Sequence record: DRR378314_1571
Reading direction: 5' to 3' (one strand)
DNA: 40,895 nucleotides
A program made the position numbers and the translations under genes. The notes below the pieces were generated by a model. That model had not been told where the DNA came from. It did not search any database and worked only from the letters and a program-made list of their open reading frames with translations. Below are positions 36,229-40,895 of the stretch, in pieces (within the stretch, counting starts at the first letter, position 1; every line of letters starts with the position of its first letter).

Positions 36229-36669
36229 ATGCCCCATCAGATCGACAAGACCGCGCTGGTCATGCACTCGGCGGAACGCATGTTCCATCTGGTTAACGAT
36301 GTTGCCAGCTACCCCGACTTTCTTCCCTGGTGCTCAGCGACCCAGATACATGAGCAGACAGACCACGAAATCATGGCGTCCATGGATATTGCCAAGGGTG
36401 GTATTCGTCACAGGCTGACGACGCGCAACCAACTGTATTTGCCGCATACTATCGAAATGAGTCTGGTGGATGGTCCTTTCCGGAATCTCACCGGCCGTTG
36501 GCAGTTCAAGTCCCTACAGGACAACGCTTGTAAGGTGGTTCTGACGTTGGAGTTTGAGTTTTCCGGATCGTTGTCGAGGATGACGTTCGGGCCGGTCTTC
36601 AATCAGGCTGCGAATACCATGGTGGATGCGTTCTGCCGCCGTGCGGATCAGGTATACCTTGGGGGATAG
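36229..36669 (+). CDS. ratA: RatA/PasT (Coq10-like START-domain protein)
   Basis: MFHLVNDVASYPDFLPWC, LVDGPFRNLTGRWQF, MVDAFCRRA. Confidence 0.93.
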   Translation: MPHQIDKTALVMHSAERMFHLVNDVASYPDFLPWCSATQIHEQTDHEIMASMDIAKGGIRHRLTTRNQLYLPHTIEMSLVDGPFRNLTGRWQFKSLQDNACKVVLTLEFEFSGSLSRMTFGPVFNQAANTMVDAFCRRADQVYLGG

Positions 36670-36672
36670 ACA

Positions 36673-36954
36673 GTGATTCGAATTGAGGTGGCCTTTGCCA
36701 GGCCGGACAAGCAGGAAATCATCAGCCTGTCTGTAGAGGAGGGCACGACGGCGGTGGACGCCGTCAAGCGTTCCGGCATTGTCGGGCTGTTTCCGGAGGT
36801 AGATCCGGACAAGGACGACATGGGCATATTTGGAAAGGTCATCAAAACCCCCCCAACTCACGAGTTGAGGGACGGTGACCGGGTTGAAATATACCGGCCA
36901 CTGAAGATCGATCCCAAGCAGGCCCGGCTTAACCGGGCAAAGAAGAAGGGGTGA
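36673..36954 (+). CDS. rnfH: RnfH/RatB-family ubiquitin-like protein
   Basis: IEVAFA, GIFGK, LRDGDRVEIYRPLKIDPKQAR. Confidence 0.92.
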   Translation: MIRIEVAFARPDKQEIISLSVEEGTTAVDAVKRSGIVGLFPEVDPDKDDMGIFGKVIKTPPTHELRDGDRVEIYRPLKIDPKQARLNRAKKKG

Positions 36955-36961
36955 AGCTGGT

Positions 36962-37288
36962 TTAGTAGGCGGGCGTTTCTTCGAGCAGCTGGGCCTCATA
37001 ATGGGAATACTGATCGTTGTTGTAGTAAACGATCACCCGCTGCTCTCTGATGTCCCCGCCACTGCGCTGGAAGGTGTATACATAGTACTCCCGCGACGGG
37101 TCGGCGGGGTTGGTCATCAACGGGGTGCCCAGCAGGGAATGGACCTGGCTGCGGGACATGCCCTCGGCCAATGATGTCAGCTCTTCGTCGGTCAGTATGT
37201 TCCCCTGTTGTACGTTGATCTTGTATACGCCTGGGAAAACACAGCCAGCCATGATGAGAGTTAGAATGAGAGCTGTGAGCTTTTGCAT
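36962..37288 (-). CDS. bamE: Outer membrane protein assembly factor BamE (lipoprotein)
   Basis: Lipobox MAGC, YKINVQQGN, GMSRSQV...LGTP; divergent from fur. Confidence 0.93.
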   Translation of the reverse strand: MQKLTALILTLIMAGCVFPGVYKINVQQGNILTDEELTSLAEGMSRSQVHSLLGTPLMTNPADPSREYYVYTFQRSGGDIREQRVIVYYNNDQYSHYEAQLLEETPAY

Positions 37289-37410
37289 CGCCGGGGGAAA
37301 TCCTCTATCTTGAAATCGCCTGCCAGGGGCAGGTGTGACACGGTCTGACCGTTAACATGCGGCTTCATCATACCGGAAGCCGTGAGGCACACCAAAGAGT
37401 GAATCGTAAC

Positions 37411-37821
37411 ATGTCATCCGAAAACACCGAATTACGAAAAGTCGGTCTTAAAGTCACTCTGCCAAGAGTGAAGATCTTCAATATCCTGGAGAATTCCGAG
37501 GAGCATCACCTCAGCGCCGAGGATGTGTACAAGAAGCTCCTCGAACAAGGTGATGACGTGGGCCTGGCAACCGTCTACCGGGTGCTGACTCAGTTTGAGG
37601 CGGCTGGCCTGGTTCTGCGCCACAACTTCGAGGGTGGGCACGCTGTGTTCGAGATGGCTGGCGACGATCATCATGATCACATGGTCTGTACTCAGACTGG
37701 TGAGGTCATCGAGTTCGTCGACGAGGTGATCGAAGAGCGGCAGCAGAAAATCGCGAAAGAGCGCGGTTATGAAATCGTGGACCACAGCCTGATTCTCTAC
37801 GTTAAACCCATCAAGTCCTGA
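37411..37821 (+). CDS. fur: Ferric uptake regulator
   Basis: GLKVTLPRVKI, HLSAEDVY, GLATVYRVLTQFE, HHDHMVC. Confidence 0.97.
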   Translation: MSSENTELRKVGLKVTLPRVKIFNILENSEEHHLSAEDVYKKLLEQGDDVGLATVYRVLTQFEAAGLVLRHNFEGGHAVFEMAGDDHHDHMVCTQTGEVIEFVDEVIEERQQKIAKERGYEIVDHSLILYVKPIKS

Positions 37822-37846
37822 TCAATCAGGGTTTGTCGAGGTTCAT

Positions 37847-37876
37847 AAAAAAAGGGGCGGGTTTGTAGCCCGCCCC
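37847..37876 (-). terminator. Rho-independent terminator for recN
   Basis: GGGGCGGG/CCCGCCCC stem with A7 on its left (U tract on the minus strand). Confidence 0.8.
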
Positions 37877-37923
37877 AACAACTCTCAGGATCGAGAGGGG
37901 AATAGGTTTAGCCTTTCAATGCC

Positions 37924-39603
37924 TCAGTGATGCGTCGCCTGGCCCTTGGTGAACATCTCATGGGCATGGGCAATGGTGTGTTCAGTCATGTCCACGCCGC
38001 CCAACATTCTCGCCACTTCACTGACCCTGCCGTTGTCGTCCAGTGACTCAATCTTCGAGTAGGTGGCGTCCGATTCCGTAAATTTGCTGACGAACAGGTG
38101 CTGATGGCATTGGGCCGCGACCTGGGCAAGATGCGTGACACATAGGACCTGTCCATTGCTGCCAAGACTGCGCAGAAGGCGACCGACCACCTCGGCGGTG
38201 CCGCCGCCAATGCCCACATCCACCTCGTCAAACACCAGCGTTGGTGTCGTGGAGGTCTGGGCAACGACTACCTGGATGGCCAGGCTGATGCGTGAGAGTT
38301 CGCCTCCCGATGCGACCTTGGCCAATGGCCGTGCAGGCTGGCCCGGGTTGGCGCTGACCAGGAACTCAATGTCTTCAATGCCATGGGGAGCGGGTTCGTC
38401 GCCCTTGTTCCGGTTCAGGTGGGTCACAAACTGAACTGCCGGCATGCTTAGTTGGGCGAGCTCTTCGGCGATGCGTTGATCGAGGTTGGCCGCAGCCTGT
38501 TGGCGAGCCTCTGACAGTTCGGTGGCCAGTTCATTAAACTGGGTTCGCTGTTCTCCCAGTTCTGCTTCCAGTTTTTCAACACTGCCTTCACCGTCATCCA
38601 GCGACGCCAATTCGACGCTGAGGCTCTGGTGAAATTCGGGCAGCGCCTCTGGATTGATGCGGTGCTTGCGGGCCATCTGATAAATGGCGCTCAGGCGGTC
38701 TTCCACTTCGGCCAGCCTGGCTGGATCGGCGTCGTAATCTTCCACAAAGTGGCGCAGGTTGTCGCCAGCCTCGGTAATCTGGATCTGGGCCTCGTTTAAC
38801 ATCTGGATGGTTTCCGCCAGGGCCGGTACTTCCACCGGTAACTGTTCCAGTTGCTGCAATGCCTGGCGCACCAGATCCGCCGCGCTATTCTCGTCTTCCG
38901 TGCACAGCAGCGTCGCCTGGTGGCTGCTGTGTAGAACGGTGTCTGCATGGCTGAGCTGTTCCTGCTCCTTCTCCAGCTCCACCTGTTCTCCGTCTTCCAG
39001 TGCCAGGCGGTCCAGCTCTTCCACCTGATAGCGCAGTAATTGCAGGCGGGCTTCTGCCTCGTCGGCATTCTGCTGGCGTTCGGTCAGCCGCTGGCGGGTT
39101 TTGTGCCAGCTCTTCCAGGCCTCCCTGGTCTGTTCGCTCAGGCTCTCCACACCGGCAAACTCATCCAGTAGTTTGCGGTGTGTTTCCTTGCGTAAGAGCG
39201 ACTGATGCTGATGCTGGCTGTGGATGTCCATCAGGGCGCTGCCCAGATCTTTCAGGTGGGCGAGTGGGCAGGGCTGGCCATTGATGTAGGCGCGCGAGCG
39301 GCCATCCTTTCTGATCACACGGCGAAGAATGCATTCATTGTCATCGTCGAGCTCATGCTCTTCCAGCCACTGTCGGGCCTCGGCAATACGGGACACATCG
39401 AAGGTGGCCGTGATGTCGGCACGTTTGGCGCCGTGACGCACGGCGCCCGCGTCGGCGCGCCCGCCCATGGCAAGCCCGAGGGCATCCAGCACAATGGATT
39501 TGCCGGCACCGGTCTCCCCGGTAAGTGCCGTCATGCCCTTTCCGAACTGAAGTTCGACCCGTTCGGCGATGGCGTAGTTGGAAACGGTGAGCTGTGTGAG
39601 CAT
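37924..39603 (-). CDS. recN: DNA repair protein RecN
   Basis: Walker A TGETGAGKS, HSQHQHQ, signature SGGELSR, Walker B FDEVDVG. Confidence 0.97.
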   Translation of the reverse strand: MLTQLTVSNYAIAERVELQFGKGMTALTGETGAGKSIVLDALGLAMGGRADAGAVRHGAKRADITATFDVSRIAEARQWLEEHELDDDNECILRRVIRKDGRSRAYINGQPCPLAHLKDLGSALMDIHSQHQHQSLLRKETHRKLLDEFAGVESLSEQTREAWKSWHKTRQRLTERQQNADEAEARLQLLRYQVEELDRLALEDGEQVELEKEQEQLSHADTVLHSSHQATLLCTEDENSAADLVRQALQQLEQLPVEVPALAETIQMLNEAQIQITEAGDNLRHFVEDYDADPARLAEVEDRLSAIYQMARKHRINPEALPEFHQSLSVELASLDDGEGSVEKLEAELGEQRTQFNELATELSEARQQAAANLDQRIAEELAQLSMPAVQFVTHLNRNKGDEPAPHGIEDIEFLVSANPGQPARPLAKVASGGELSRISLAIQVVVAQTSTTPTLVFDEVDVGIGGGTAEVVGRLLRSLGSNGQVLCVTHLAQVAAQCHQHLFVSKFTESDATYSKIESLDDNGRVSEVARMLGGVDMTEHTIAHAHEMFTKGQATHH

Positions 39604-39632
39604 GCAGAGTTCCTCCGCTCAATTCCTGAATA

Positions 39633-39667
39633 CTGTGATTACATACAGTGACTGTGAATATATACAG
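39633..39667. promoter_or_regulatory. Two tandem LexA (SOS) boxes upstream of recN
   Basis: CTGT-GATTACAT-ACAG (39633-39648) and CTGT-GAATATAT-ACAG (39652-39667). Confidence 0.92.
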
Positions 39668-39727
39668 GGTTTTCCCGGTTTGCAAACATCGATCGGCGAA
39701 TTTGTGAATGAATGAGGTCTGCAACGG

Positions 39728-39754
39728 TTGAAACATCCGATACGGGCCCCATAT
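39728..39754 (+). promoter_or_regulatory. Sigma32 (RpoH) promoter of grpE
   Basis: TTGAAA-N13-CCCCATAT. Confidence 0.85.
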
Positions 39755-39849
39755 CCGTTCGCAAACACGTTTTTTCCGGCCTCTGGCGGTCGGGAACCAA
39801 CCGTTAACCGGCCGGTCGTCTGGCCGCCGACGATCAAGCAGGAGTAGTC

Positions 39850-40455
39850 ATGAGCGCTGACGAGAATCGTAACGAACAGGTGGAAGAAGAGCTGAAAGAC
39901 GCTGCGGACGCCGCTCCCGAGGAGGAAAAAGCGGCGGAAGACGGTGCTGAAGGCAGCCCTGAAAGCGAAGTGGAGGCTCTGAAGGCCCAGGCGCAGGAGT
40001 TTCAGGAGCAGATGTTGCGTTCCCAGGCGGAGATGCAGAATGTTCGCCGCCGTGCCGAAATCGATGTGGAGAAGGCTCACAAATTTGCACTGGAGAAATT
40101 TGTGAAGGAGCTTTTGCCGGTCGCAGACAGCCTGGAGAAGGCAGTTGAAAGCACCGAAGGGCATGAGAATGCCGGTGAGTTGGTGGCCTCTATTCGTGAA
40201 GGGGTCGAGATGACCCTGAATCTGTTCATGGGTAGCCTCGGCAAGTTCAATGTGGTTCAGCTTAACCCTGTAGGTGAGCCGTTCGACCCACAGCAGCACG
40301 AGGCGATGTCCATGGTGCCGGCGCCCGACGCCGAGCCCAACAGTGTCGTGGCGGTGGTCCAGAAGGGCTACACCCTGAATGATCGCCTTGTTCGTCCCGC
40401 GATGGTGGTGGTCGCAAAGGCTGAGGACTCGCCAAAAATCGACGAGCAGGCTTGA
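39850..40455 (+). CDS. grpE: Nucleotide exchange factor GrpE
   Basis: [43 protein letters not shown]. Confidence 0.97.
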   Translation: MSADENRNEQVEEELKDAADAAPEEEKAAEDGAEGSPESEVEALKAQAQEFQEQMLRSQAEMQNVRRRAEIDVEKAHKFALEKFVKELLPVADSLEKAVESTEGHENAGELVASIREGVEMTLNLFMGSLGKFNVVQLNPVGEPFDPQQHEAMSMVPAPDAEPNSVVAVVQKGYTLNDRLVRPAMVVVAKAEDSPKIDEQA

Positions 40456-40478
40456 AAAGCAGATTAACGCGCCAATAT
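40451..40478 (+). promoter_or_regulatory. Probable sigma32 promoter of dnaK
   Basis: CTTGAAA-N13-GCCAATAT overlapping the grpE stop. Confidence 0.6.
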
Positions 40479-40538
40479 AGCCAGTAAATAGGCGGCGCAC
40501 CCGGACTCCGGGGCATGTTTCAAAGCAGCCGGAACTGA

Positions 40539-40895
<357 letters not shown>

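Overview
Gammaproteobacterial chromosome segment, Marinobacter-like by gene order and proteins (inference). Left to right: the 3' end of an ExaC/AldB-type aldehyde dehydrogenase; pqqABCDE plus an S9 peptidase; then a ~7.9 kb module of two convergent operons (CotH-family lipoprotein kinase / VTC polyphosphate-polymerase-domain protein / DUF4956 membrane protein / OprO-P-type porin, facing REC-REC protein / atypical LuxR regulator / membrane histidine kinase). That module sits between the peptidase and the ercA-ercS-like pair, and both of its promoter regions carry the same TGTAAGA-N3-TCTTAC palindrome. Next come a small hypothetical gene, fumC, a CDP-archaeol-synthase-like gene, a metallophosphoesterase, chrA, msrA-msrB, a Ca/Na antiporter and mqo. 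These are followed by an ATP-grasp ligase, a 674-aa protein with a calpain/papain-like Cys-His-Asn triad, an orphan acetolactate-synthase-like enzyme, and a PHO box with only ~75 nt before a terminator (candidate sRNA). The right end holds exoD-like and mgtC-like genes and the core block ssrA (tmRNA), WS/DGAT, smpB, NSS transporter, ratA, rnfH, bamE, fur, recN (two LexA boxes), grpE and the start of dnaK (sigma32 promoters). No integrase, transposase or CRISPR array was seen. Family assignments are from motif recognition by eye, not database searches.
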